A DNA stretch of 64,000 nt from the human T2T-CHM13v2.0 reference genome, Homo sapiens. The translations under genes were made by a program, and so were the position numbers. Within the stretch, counting starts at the first letter, position 1. Every line of letters starts with the position of its first letter. Below are positions 34,710 to 58,510 of this stretch, piece by piece. Where the stretch lies: NCBI RefSeq assembly GCF_009914755.1, contig NC_060942.1, one strand, 5' to 3'. The notes under the pieces were generated by a model, which saw only the letters and a program-made list of their open reading frames with translations, was not told the origin of the DNA and did not search any database.

Positions 34710-35200
34710 CTCTGGTTACTTATTGCAGTGTGACAAATTATCCCAAAGGTTAATGACTTAAAACAACAATCATTTGATTCTTTGTTCATGCTTCTGCAAC
34801 TGACACAGGCTTGATGGAGACGCTCGTCTCTTTTCCGTATGGTGTCAGCTGGAGTAGCTTCAACAGCTCGGGTCTGGCTGGAAGGGACAACTTGTGTCAT
34901 GTGTCCGGGCCTCAGACTCTGCTGTGGGTTGGGTGTCTCCGTTCTCCTTCACATGGTGATCTCAGGCACTCTCATTTGTTCCTGGTAGTTCAACTCCTTA
35001 TGTGGCAGCTGGCTTCCCCCACAATTCAAACGAGGAAACTGCCAGGGTTTCTATGCCCGGCACAGTGCCATTTATCACAATCTCCTGATTAAAGCAAGTC
35101 ACAAAGGCAGCCCAGATTCAAACAGAAGGGACTAAATAAGGACATGAGTATCAGGAGGCATGACTCATTGGGGGCCACCAAAATAAAAGCCTACCATTGA
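34710..35200 (-). mobile_element. Old MLT1-type LTR in the MRO 3'UTR
   Basis: ttattgcagtgtgacaaattatcccaaa...acttaaaacaac; aaagcaagtcacaaaggcagcccagattcaa. Confidence 0.65.
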
Positions 35201-36109
35201 ATCTTAAAGTCAAATAATCCAACCGCATCTTCCACAATTTTAACCGACAGAGGGACATTAACTGCATAGGTTTTTCTACTCCAGAGCACGTAACCCCACC
35301 CATCTCACCCTATCCCCACCTTTTTGAATGCCAGCCACATGCAGCCATTTCTCAGACCACTCACTGATCACTTAATGGAACTGCATCAAGTTTAAACCAA
35401 CCTTGCAACAAAATTTCAAAGAGGCCAGCATCCGGGGAGTGGGTGCTAGGGAGGGGCAGGGGGCTTACAGCTCAGAACCACCCATTTGCTCGTGAGCCTG
35501 TGTCCCTCCTAAAATCTCTTGCTGTCATGTTCTTCAGATTCAGAACAGGAAGGAAGAAAATCCATTCCTGCCTGGCACTTGCCACTCTGTCTGCCATCTC
35601 CCACATCCTCATCTCGCCTAGGTCTCTCCTCATCCCCGCATCTGTGTCACACCACCCTGTCCCTGGGAGCTACAGCAGAAAATTGAGTTCCTCATTCTCA
35701 GAATGCCACTTAAGATCCAGCTATAGCTTTTATAATCCCCCGTGTTTTAAATTGTCTTGAACAAAACGCTCCGGGTGTGGCCTGGATACTGAATTCAGGG
35801 GTGGTACCAGAGTTTCTATAGAAGCTTGGGATGCAATCTGGTTAGAGGGAGGGTGAGAGGGACTTAGAGATTTTTCTTGTAATTTTTACGAGTGATGTGA
35901 CTCCTTGGATAACTAGGATTGATCACCAAAATAATTGACATTAATAGCCAAAAAGTAATTAATAAAAACACTCAGCTCACATAAATTAATAAAAATGTAT
36001 ACTTAGTACATATAAAATCAAAAGTTAACTGGGCTTAGTAGAGGAGCAGAAGCAGAGATGTTTGCATTTGCTTTGTTTTTAACATTTCTAACCATCCATC
36101 AGTTATTCC

Positions 36110-36370
36110 ATGGAAAGGCAGGATGGCATGATTATTGAGTATGGGCTCAAGAAGTCAGACCGTACATGTTTGAATTCCAGCTCCACTGTTTACTGAGTTA
36201 TCTGGGGAAAGTTACCTAATTTCCCTATGTGTTAGCTTTCTCATCTATAAAATGAGAACAATAATAATACTTACTATCTCAGGGTTGTCGCAAGTATTAA
36301 ATAGAACTTACAAAAAGCACTTTGACCGTGCCCACTGAATTGTAAGCACTCGGTGTTACCTACTATTGTT
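36110..36370 (+). mobile_element. MIR
   Basis: ttgaattccagctccact...tttctcatctataaaatg. Confidence 0.7.
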
Positions 36371-37020
36371 ATCCCGTAAGTTATCATGAGCCTGAGGATT
36401 TTCAACACATGCTTTATAGATTTTTTTCTCTCTATTAATTCTTGTTTAGGATGATCTTGAAAGCAATGACTGTTTAAAATTATGAGAAGCCAAAGATGCC
36501 CCTGCAAGCCACCTTCTTGGTATCTTGGCCAACTTTAAATAAATCTTGGCAAGTAAAGGTATCAATAGCAAAGTATCAATAGCAAATACACTAAAAAAAA
36601 ACAAAACAACAACAAAAAAAAAACAAAAAAACGCTTAAGGTAACAAGTATTCTCCTAAGCCTCAGAAATTGAGTATTAAAAATAAAAGCTAGGTGACAGA
36701 GATGAACTTAAGAAAGAAAAAGCTGAGAAATAAGCACTGAATCTATATACACTTGGAATGTTTTAAAGAAAGTGTGTACCTGCTCATCAAATTTGTATGG
36801 GGAGGAAATGAAATAAGTGAAAGCAGTCTAGAATTTTACTTTAGATAAAATCATACAATTCCATGTATTATTTTTGCCTTTGATTGCTCTCCCAGCACCC
36901 TCTTTCCCATTACAATCCCAAGAGGCAAGCAGTGAGAAGAGGCATCCAGTGAGATAAAACAGGGGAACATGATGGCTCAGCAATGCACTCATACAGAACC
37001 ATTTCCCTGCTGCTCTGCGC

Positions 37021-47146
<10,126 letters not shown>

Positions 47147-47680
47147 TCATCATCAACAAACATTGTTGTACAATGCATTGTGCTGGGGTAAGAATATAAA
47201 GAGGCAGCAATCCTGAGGCCTGTCTTTAGGAACCTTCCACTGTGGTGAGATAGAACAGTCACACAGATGAATAGCAACCCAAGGCAGCCCAAGAGGAATA
47301 GCAGCTTGGGGGTCAAGGGGGATCTGCCCTCTAGTTCCCCACTCCATTCTGCAGATTTCTTTTATCACTGTCACCAAAGAAGTAAAACGCAGATTCCCAG
47401 GCTCTGCCCACAGAGTTCTCATGAATTGAAATACAGAGTAGCCTCAAATTTTGTGTTTTTAAAAGTTCTCTGAGAATGTAAATCGGTACCTCTTTTTAGA
47501 GAGGATTTGGCACTATCTCTTACCACTTTAAAGCACACGTAATAGGCAATTCTTTAATCCTATAGATATGAACACATCATATGTTCAAAGATATACACAA
47601 AGGATAGCCACCATAGCACTGTAATAAACAATATTGTGTTCTTTAATGGTTTGGGCAGGGGAAGGGAGAGTGGGGCAGGG

Positions 47681-47947
47681 GTTTGAGACAGGGTTTTGCT
47701 CTGTCTCCCAGGCTGGAGTGCAGTGGCAGGAACACAGCTCATTGCAGCTTCTACCTCCCAGGCTTAAGCAGTCCCCCTGCCTCAGCCTCTGAGTGGCTGG
47801 GGCCACAGGTGCATGCCACCACGCCCAATTAATTTTTATTTTTTTTTACGTTGTCCAGTCTTGTCTCAAACTCCTGGGCTCATGCAATCCTTCTGCCTCA
47901 GCCTCCCAAAGTGTTGGGATTATAGGCTTGAGCCACTGTCCCCAGCC
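47681..47947 (-). mobile_element. Alu (AluJ-like)
   Basis: TSD aatggtttg. Confidence 0.88.
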
Positions 47948-48545
47948 AATGGTTTGAACATAAATAAATTACATATATTACAACTATACAACTTTACAAC
48001 GACTGCTATGCAGTCACTAAGAAGAATATTGGGCAGATCAACATGTGCTAAAATAATCTCCACGATATACTGTTGAGTGAAAAGTGCAAATCCATGTGTA
48101 CAGTATGTTACTACTCGTGTAAAATCAGAATGAGGGCAGGAAATACATATGTACGTATATGCTTGCATATGCATAGGAGAAGGAAAAATACACAAGAAAC
48201 ATTAAGAGAGATGGCCTCTGGGCTGGAAATCCGAGGAACTGAAATTGGAGGGAAACTTACTTTTTTCACCTTTTTTGTATATGTACAGCTTGTAATTTTA
48301 CCATGCGCATGTATTATTGAAAGAATATAATATACATAAATGTAGCTTACCAAGTGATTCTGATCACAGCTTGACTTGGGTCCAACTAGTACAAACCAGC
48401 ACTTCTCAAACTTTAATATGCACTAAAATAATTTGAAGATCTTGTTCAGTGTGTCTGCAGCGGGAACTCGAGATTCTGCCTTTCTTCCAAGCTCCCAGGG
48501 GATTCCAAACAGGGACTATGCTTTGAGTGGCAAGGGCATAAAGTT

Positions 48546-48628
48546 TGTTTTTTTAATTATTATTATACTTTAAGTTCTAGGGTACATGCGCACAACGTGC
48601 AGGTTTGTTGCATATGTATACATGTGAG
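48546..48628 (-). mobile_element. Ultra-short L1PA 3' end insertion
   Basis: ttattatactttaagttctagggtacatg..aacgtgcaggtttgtt; TSD gggcataaagtt at 48534-48545 and 48629-48640. Confidence 0.9.
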
Positions 48629-48924
48629 GGGCATAAAGTTAAGAGCCACTGAAGTCGAGAGAGGACCGTGGGCTGGAACAGCTGGTGGAGACTTCCCAAA
48701 GCACACTGGTGAGCTTGGAAGCAGAGGCAGAGCGTATATGACACATTGGGAGTCAACGGGATCCCATGCAGTATCATGGTGATGGTAGCAGTAACAATTA
48801 AAATAGTAGGAGAGAGGTAGAAGATAGGCTACAGAGGCTAGCTAAAGGCCAGCTGTGGAGGACTCTGACTTCTAAAGAGCTTGATTTCAATTGTACTTTG
48901 TAGATATGAGTAACCTGATGATTT

Positions 48925-50425
48925 TCTTTTAATTTAGGTGAAATCCATGTAACATACAATTAGTCATTCAAACAATGTTCTGCAACCACCACCTCTAATA
49001 TCAAAACTTTTTCATCACCCCAAAAGAAAGCCCTGCACCCATTAGGCATTCATTCCATATTCCATCCTCCCCCAGCCTCAGGCAATGTTAATCTGCCTTC
49101 TGTCTCTATGGATTTACCTATTCTGAATATTTCACATATATAGAATCATACATTATTGTGATCATTTATAACTGGCTTCTTTTTCTTAGTATATTGTTTT
49201 CAAGGTTCATCCATGTTGTAGCATGTATCAGTATTTCATTCTTTTTTATGGCTGAATAGTATTCAATTGTATGGTTATACCACAATTTGTTTATCCATTC
49301 ACCTGTTGATAGGCACTTGGGCTGTTTCCCTGTTTTGGCTATTTTGAATAATGCTACTATGAATATCTGTGCACAACTATTTGTATCTGCTTTCATTTAT
49401 TTGGGGCATATACCTAGGAGTAGAATTGCTGAGTCATGTGGTAATTCTTTTTTTTTTTTTTTTTTTTTTTTTGAGACAGAGTCTTACTCTGTCTCCCAGG
49501 CTGGAATGCAGTAGCTCACTGCAACTTCTGACCCTGGGTTCAAGGGATTCTCTTGCCTCAGCCTCCTGAGTTGCTGGGATTACAGGCGTACGCCACCATG
49601 CCTGGATAATTTTTGTATTTTTAGTAGACACGGGGTTTCAGCATGTTGGCCAGGCTGGTCTTGAATTCCTGACCTCAAGTGATCTGCCTACCTCAGCCTC
49701 CCAAGTGTCAGGATTACAGGCGTTAGCCACCTAGCCTGGCCATCATATGGTAATTCTATGTTTAACTTTTTGAAGAACCACCAAACTGTTTTCCACAGTG
49801 GTTACACCATTTTACATACCCACCAGCAACGTATGAGGGTTCCAATTTCTCCACATCCTTACCAACATTTATTTTCCATTATTATTGTTATTATTACTAG
49901 ATCCATGTTAGTAGGTATGAAGTGGTCTATCCTTTGTGGTTTTTATTTGCATTCCCCTAATGACTAATGAGGCTAAGCATCTTTTCGTGTGCTTGTTGGT
50001 GATTTCTATGTCTTCTTTGGAGAAATTTCCATTCAAATCCTTTGCTCATTGTCAGTTGGGTTGTTTGTCTTTTTCTGAGTTGTAAGAATTCTTTATATAT
50101 TCTGAATACTAGACTATTACCAGACGTATGATTTACAAATATTTTCTCCCATTCTGTGGGCTGTCTTTTCACTTTCTGGATAACGTCTGTTGTGCAGAAA
50201 AGTTTTTATTTTTAATGAAGTCCAATTTGTCTATTTTTGTTGTTCTTACTCATGCTTTTAGTGTTAAATCTATGAATCTATTGCCACATCTAAGGTCATG
50301 AAGATTTACCCCTATATGTTCTTTTAAGCGTTTTATAGTTTTCACATTTCTATTTAGGTCATTGATCCATTTTGAGTTAATATTTGTATATAATACATGG
50401 TAGGGGTTCAACTGCATTAGAACCA
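48925..50425 (-). mobile_element. L1MB-like 3' region containing an antisense Alu (49447-49741)
   Basis: KRQPTEWEKIF and KWINDLN ORF2 motifs on minus; Alu TSD cat(g/a)tggtaattct. Confidence 0.85.
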
Positions 50426-51121
50426 TTGACTTGTATGTATTTTGTGTTTTATTTTTTTTAATAGGAGAGATGGCAGGCAAGCAGCTGCAGCCATTCTTAA
50501 CCCTGGCTACATTAGGATCACCTGAGGAACTTCTAAACCTCCAGACTAAGTCTGCCATTATCTCTGGAGGGAGACCCAGGCATCAGTATTTTTTAAAGCC
50601 CACCAAGTAATTCCAGCAGGCAGTCACTGAACTACAGTGACCAGTGACAAACTGCCTTGGTTTACCCAGGGCTGGGGAGCTTCCAGGGACATGGGACTTT
50701 CATTGCTAAAGCTGGAAAAGTCCTGGCCAAACCAAGACACACTCCTCTCTGATGCAACCTGACCCTTTTCAACAGCTGTACTTTGGAACATTTGACTCAC
50801 TTGATCTGGAGGTGCATGGGGACTCGGTTTCTCTGCCATCCTTGCTCCCTGGGTGGATTTGGTCCATGAAACCCCAGGTGGATTTGCTCCATTCTGGAGA
50901 GGTCCATGAAAACACTCCCTCACCGCCTAACTTCCAGGACCTATATCTCCTTCATATCTGGCCAACAGGAATCTTCTCACCACTGCAATGGGGCACCAAA
51001 ATAAAACCCCAGAAAACTGCACCCCCACCAATTAGCAAGAGTTTCTCTTTCCATCAGTTACCTGGCTGAACTGAGATTCTCTCTGTTTGATTGAAGGTAT
51101 TCCCACAGGCTTCCTCATTAA

Positions 51122-51315
51122 ACCAGTGGTTCTCACACTTCAGTGTGCATCAGAATCACCCGGAAGACTTGTTAAAACACACATTCCCAGGCCTAGGCCC
51201 CAGAGTTTCTGATTCTGTGCATCGGCAGCAGGGCCTAATAATTTCTATTTCTAACAAGCTCCCAGGGGACACTGGGATGTGGCTGGTTTGGTGACCACAC
51301 TTGGAGAACCACTGC
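51122..51315. mobile_element. MER5A-like DNA transposon
   Basis: cagtggttctcacactt...gcatcagaatcacc...cactttggagaaccactg TIRs. Confidence 0.85.
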
Positions 51316-51387
51316 ATTAACAGAAAGAAACCACAGCAGTACAGTGTAGCTTCTCTCCAGAATAAAGGGATTTTAAAATTCACATTA

Positions 51388-51700
51388 AGGATGGAGCTGG
51401 AGGTCATTATCCTAAGCAAACTAACACAGGAACAGAAAACCAAGTACCGCATGTTCTCATGTTCTCACTTATAAGTGGGAGCTAAATGTTGAGTACTTGT
51501 GGACACAAAGAAGGCCACAGACACCAGGGCCTACTTGAGGGTTGGAGGGTGGGAGGAGGGTGAAGATGGAAAAACTACCTGTTGGGTACCATGCTTATTA
51601 CCTGAGTGACAAAACAATCTGTACTTCAAACACCCACAACACACAATTTGCCTTTATAACAAACCCACACATGTACCCCTGAAACTAAAATAAAATTTAA
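51388..51700 (+). mobile_element. L1PA/PB 3' end fragment
   Basis: atgttctcacttataagtgggagct...atgtacccctgaaactaaaataaaa; TSD aaattcacat. Confidence 0.85.
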
Positions 51701-52099
51701 AAATTTTAAATTCACATAGAGTCAAAAAACATGCTTGGTTGTTTCTTTCTGGGGCTTTTCTTTTAACAACTTCATGTTTCAATAGAACCTAATGATTCTC
51801 AGGTCAGATGCTCCAGATCAGAGCCGACAGGTGCCTGACAATGGGTACAGGGAGACTAAAAGACGTAAAACTCCTGTCCCATGTTGAACGAGGGGTTGAA
51901 CACAATCTTACTTTAGACAAATAGGATTGGTTATTTATATTAGCATACTTGTGAATTTTAATAGCATTAAGATTACCTTAAAAAAAAAAAAAACTCAAAG
52001 TGGAGGCAAAGCTGTCACCCGATTGCCCCCAGCCCGACTCGGGCCATCACCATCTGCCCCTGCAGCCAGTGAAGGTGGGGGCGGGGAGGAGAGCCATGA

Positions 52100-52399
<300 letters not shown>

Positions 52400-52480
52400 T
52401 AATAAGGAAGAGACAGAAGAATATAATTTGAGAGACTCCTTTGAAAAGAGTGACAAGATTGAAACCACAGAAGTTATGAA

Positions 52481-52930
<450 letters not shown>

Positions 52931-53367
52931 TGAGATGGAGTCTACCAGGTCATAAAGAGGTCATGGAAGTGGATCTGGCAACTTGGCTGGTCATGGAGGA
53001 AACTTTGGAGGTGGTGGAGATAATTTTTGCCGTGGTGGGAACTTTGGTGGAAAGGAGGCTATGGTGGTGAAGGTGATGGTAGCAGAGACAGTTATGCAGG
53101 AGATGACAGTGGATAGAATGGATTTGGAGGTGATGGTAGCCACTATGGGTGGTGATCCTGGTCGTAATAGTAGAGGGGGCCGTGGTGGTGGTGGACCAGG
53201 ATATGGAAACCAAGGTAGTGGATATGGTGGCAGTGGTGGATGATATGATGGTTACATTGAAATTTTGGTGGTGGTAACTATGGTGGTGGTGGAAACTATA
53301 ATGATCTTGGAAACAGCGATCAAATTATGAATGCATGAAAGGGGGCAGTTTTGGTGGAAGAAGTTCA

Positions 53368-53820
<453 letters not shown>

Positions 53821-55054
53821 TTACCTTGAAACAGTTGTCCCAAATGCATTAGGAACTAAAAATCTGCCACGGAAGAAACGATGATACATAGTTAGAAAAG
53901 TTACTGCAGCTTAAACAGAAAACCTTTCTTGTTCAGGACTGTCATAGCCACAGTTTGCAAAAAGTGCAGCTATTGATAATGCAATGTAGCATTGGCTAGA
54001 TGAACATCCCTATGGTCTTTTATCTGCTATAGCTTTTTCTTTTTCTTTTTCTTTTCATTACATCAGGTATATTGCCCTGTAAATTGTGGTAGTGGTTCCA
54101 AGAATAAAAAATTAAGGAATTTTTAACTTTTCAATATTTATATAGTTCAGTTTTTCCACATTTCTGAACAGACACTTTAACAGAATAGTTTTGAGGGTGT
54201 TTCCTTGTGGGTTAACAAATAAAGAAGATCATTGTGAATTACTGCTTTGCATAAATTTTGCTAACGTTAGCTGTAAAGAAACACCAGCTGACTTGCAGTT
54301 TAAGGGAATTCTATTCTCCCCATTTCCAAACCATGATCTAAATGGGTGCTGACATGTGGAGAGAATATTTGTACGCTTGCAACGTCTATTTTAAATAAAT
54401 AGGATTGGGTATTTAAATTAGCATATTTATGAATTTAATAGCATTAAGATTACCTTCAAATGAAAAAATCTCAAATTTCAAAATCAAAATAAAAGAAGCA
54501 AAACTCCCTCAAGCTGAGGGCCCACTCACCAAGGAGGGTGTGGGCCTCATTATAAAACAGCTGGTATCTCTGTTCCAAGGCATAAGAAAATCATGCCTGA
54601 AGCTCCTTTCCATTGGTAAAGAAAACAAACCTGCTACCCTGTTCTTTCTGCTTGACTTCTCTTGCAAGATTAGCATAACAGCTAAGGGCTTTAGCCAGCC
54701 AAGGCAACTTCCCCAGGCTTCAGAAACCAAGCAGCCAGCATCGCCTTCATAGGCGTAAGTAGAACTCAAGGTCATGCTCCCATGCACGGCAAAGTAAATG
54801 AGAACTGAGTGGCTCCACCTGGAAGATTCGATCTGTGATTAGAGAAACTCACAGAGTTACATCTTGAGCTCACTACCTCTTCTAGCAAACCCTACCTCCC
54901 CATCACAAGAGAAAAACTGTGATGTGGTTTAATCTTACAGGTTGTCAGGGATCATCTCAATCTTGGGTGCAGGAAAAGTAAAGCATTTCTCAGTGTTGGT
55001 TGCACCTTCTATATCAGAATTCCCCGGGGTACGTGTTACAAACTCCAAGCCAGA

Positions 55055-55228
55055 GGTGGGTGCAGTGGCTCACACCTGTAATCCCAGCACTTTGGGAGGC
55101 TGAGCATCCCTTGAGCCCAGGAGTCTGAGGCTGCCGTAAGCCATGATTGCGCCACTGCACTCCAGCTGGGTTGACAGAGCAAGATCCTGTCTCTAAAAAA
55201 TAAAAATAAATAATAATAATAACAATAA
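55055..55228 (+). mobile_element. Short/deleted Alu within a MER5-like remnant
   Basis: Alu head joined to the right-arm end; TSD aaactcca(a/g)gcc. Confidence 0.8.
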
Positions 55229-56469
55229 ACTCCAGGCCTGCCCCAGAATTATTGGATCTGAATCTCAGGGAGTGTCGGGCCTGAGCATTGCACTTTTTGT
55301 ATGTGGTGCCTGGTGATGCTACACGCCTGTTGGTATAGAAGAACCTCTATCCTGGAAATTAAATAAAGCTAATCCGAGCCCATGCAGTAGCAGAAACCAT
55401 GGAAGTCAGGGAGGGAGCTGGGGCCGAGGGATGAGAAAGAGAAAGAGGTCAGTGTCTTTGCAGAGAACAAGAGATTGATACCATATGTTTGTGAAGCACT
55501 TTGAATTTCACTTTAAAAATAAAATTAAAATCACAGCAGCTGTTTGTCTATGATTTATGCAACTTTTCTAGGATGCTATTCTTCAGTTAAAAGTTTCATT
55601 AAAAAATAAAACAAATTAGGAGTTAAATCAAGGTCACAAGGCCCCTCGCTGGAGCCTTGTGTTTCTTGTACTTGCAGCTTCTTAAAGAACTCCCACCCCC
55701 CGCCCCATGCCCTCCTTCCTGCCTGCAGTGCCTCCCTCCTTTCTAAAACATGAAGTCCTTTACACCCAATCCAACAAAAACAAAAGGATCATTCTCATCT
55801 GTTGCAACACAGGATCTCAGAGAGGATCGTTTTAAACACACTGTGAATGAACGTAGTATACAGATTCCAAGATTTCTTAGGATGTTCTAACTCCTTCTCC
55901 AAGCCCTCTCACCCGTAAGACAGGCATTCTTTCCTAGGAGAATTACATTTTCTGGTGGGTTTCTATGGTCACCACATATGCCTAGCCTTGTATGACCAAG
56001 ACCAGGAGGTCACCTGGCCATTTGGAAGCCAAAGACACAGCTCTGCTTATAGTTTTACTCATCTCTGCACACGTTCTTCAACGAATTCTTCTTCCTCTGG
56101 AACATACCCCTGAGTGAGCTATGTGCAGACCCCTTGGTTTTCACGAACCCCAAGACCCCGGCTGGGGCTTGTATTCATTGCCAGGTTGTGCTCTACCTGA
56201 TCTTACTGAAGATACATGGATTTGGGGTAACTTAGAAGACTGTTTTATGCTTTACACTGACTCCCATCTGCTTTTGCAAACTTGAATGATTCTGACTCAA
56301 AATATTAGATTTTTGGTCAATAATCCTTTTATTTATTGAAGCCAAAAGGTATATTATGAAGGCCAAAATTATAAAACACTTTGATTTTATCTCATCTGTA
56401 AAATGAGCAGAAGAAACTGTTAGATTGCTTAAAAATCCTTCCAACACTGAACTTATAAATGACAATAGT

Positions 56470-56771
56470 AGGCTGCGTGTGGTGGCTCATGCCTATAAAT
56501 CCCAGCATTTTGGGAGGCTGAGGCAGGCAGATTGCTTGAGGTCAGGAGATCAAGACCAGCCTGAGCAACATGGTGAAACCCCGCCTCTACTAAAAATACA
56601 AAAATTAGCCAGACATGGTGGTGCACACCTGTAGTCCCAGCTACTCAGGAGGCTGAGGCAGAAGAATCACTTGAACCCAGGAGACAGAGGTTGCAGTGAG
56701 CCGAGATCGGGCCACCGCACCCCAGCTTGGGCAACACAACAAGACCCTGTCTCAAAAAAATGAAAAAAAAA
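56470..56771 (+). mobile_element. Alu
   Basis: Alu dimer. Confidence 0.93.
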
Positions 56772-57281
56772 ATTAATATTAAAAAAATCGTCTTCATTTT
56801 AGAAAAGAAGAAACTGGGCTTAAAGTAATGTTGAACAATTAACTCAAAGTCAAATACTGGCAGAGCAGATTTTAGGACTCTGAAAGATATCCTTTCAGTC
56901 ACTGTGCTATAAGCCTAGGTTCAGCTCCCAGGCAATGTCCTGTGAGCTGAACGAGGGAAGACAGACCGCATAGACATTTCAGTTTAAAGTGTCAATATCT
57001 TCCCTGAGTCCCTGCCATTCTATTATATTGCTGACAATAGAATGATCTATAACCCAACTATTGATCGATTAACATAGTTTGTGAAAAGCAAACAAAATCA
57101 GCTTCCTGGTCAACATTGCCCACTTCAGTTTTACAAAGAGAACATTACCAAATCCTACCCCCTAGAGGTCGAGCTCCCATACTGGTGACCAGAGTGACAT
57201 TCCAGAAAGGTTTTGGGAACCCAAGTGCAGCCAGGACGCCTCCCGCTGCATCTGGCTGCCCCGGCCAACAGTGTCCCTTAC

Positions 57282-57403
57282 CTGCGGCTCCTGCAGGCGG
57301 CTGCCACGTGATGAACCGGAGCCCGTTCCTGACTCGGGAGGGCTGCTTTCCCGGGTAGTAGCCAAATGTGATGACTCGGCTAAATTTTCCCAGCCCTGAA
57401 TTC
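57282..57403 (-). CDS. MRO: MRO upstream exon (122 nt); coding in the alternative 262-aa isoform (GIQGWENLAESS...RLQEPQ), otherwise 5'UTR
   Basis: Acceptor cttcttgtatgttag|GA; strong donor CAG|gtaagg; in frame with exon 44544. Confidence 0.85.
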
Positions 57404-57597
57404 CTAACATACAAGAAGGGAAATTAGGAGGTGACGCAGGGTCTGTCCAGGATAACGGGTCGGCACAGAGTGTTGGAAAGTGAGAATCAAATAAGAGGGG
57501 AAAGTCAAAGTTTATAGAGTATTTGGGCAGGGGAGGGAATTGTTCTGGAATGAAACCGACAAGAATATTGTAGGGTGGCACAAGCATGACTTGCTAC

Positions 57598-57616
57598 CTT
57601 TGCTTCCCCACGCCAT
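57598..57616 (-). CDS. MRO: MRO alternative start MAWGSK(G) at the 3' end of the proximal first exon
   Basis: agcATGG strong Kozak; donor AAG|gtagca; phase-1 join G|GA to exon 57403; 47+215=262 aa. Confidence 0.75.
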
Positions 57617-58249
57617 GCTGAGGTGTTTTTCCTTCTCCTTGCTGTGATTTCCCCTCCTTCTTCCCTCATGCCAGCCTGGTCGACACTTTCTGCAGAAATT
57701 CTGCAGATGGCAATTCTGGGGACCTTTCCTCTGCACCAAACAAAACCTCCCTGCCAAGGCCCGTTCCCCATGCGGCCGCGAGATGGCGGCATGACTCAAT
57801 GGACGGGTTCCAGGCGACCCCTGCACAGAGCCGCCGCCGTGGCTGCCTCCTTCCTTACATAATCCTGTTAGAGCGCATTTAATCTAAGGATGGGACACTG
57901 TGTTCCATGCCAAGCAGCCTCATCGTGGCTGATTGTTGCACCAACAACAAGAGCTTTAACCGTTGACGTCCCTTCCTGCTCAAGAAACACCGTATGTCCC
58001 GAAAGGAGCGATTTAAGCTCTCAAAATGATTTATTGGTAAAAAGCAAAGCAAAATTAAAACCGGGGAATTACAGCACCTGCAGAATTTAGGAGCCTCTCT
58101 CTCTCATCAGCCCTCCTTCCCTGACTCTCCAAACACGTGCATAAATCTATTTAACAATAATTAGTTATCGTCTCGCTCTGCATTGGGTCATAAAGGGAGA
58201 AAATATGTCCTGAAAGGAAAAAAGAACAGTTATATTTTCAAAGACAGAG

Positions 58250-58510
58250 GCACTTATTGTTATGCTAATAGATAACATTCAATTAAAACTTCTGTGTGCC
58301 AAATGTTGTGATAAATATTACATAGACTATCTCATTCAATTGTTACATCAAACCAAAGGTTAATACTCCTACTATAGTCTCCATTTTAAGGCTGGAGAAA
58401 CTGAGGCACAGGGAGATTACCTTGACAAAGGTCATGCAGTTAATTTGTGGCAGTTGAAATTCAGCTACAGGCAGGCTAATGTAAGAGCTTGGACTCAGCC
58501 ATGATGCTAT
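58250..58510 (-). mobile_element. MIR
   Basis: ccattttaaggctggagaaactgaggcacagg. Confidence 0.7.

Larger units (their letters stand above)
57150..57900 (-). promoter_or_regulatory. MRO: CpG-enriched proximal promoter / first exons of MRO
   Basis: Local non-Alu CpG/GC enrichment (gccgccgccg, gcggccgcg) around the 5' exons; CCAAGGCC NR5A-type site at 57754. Confidence 0.7.
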
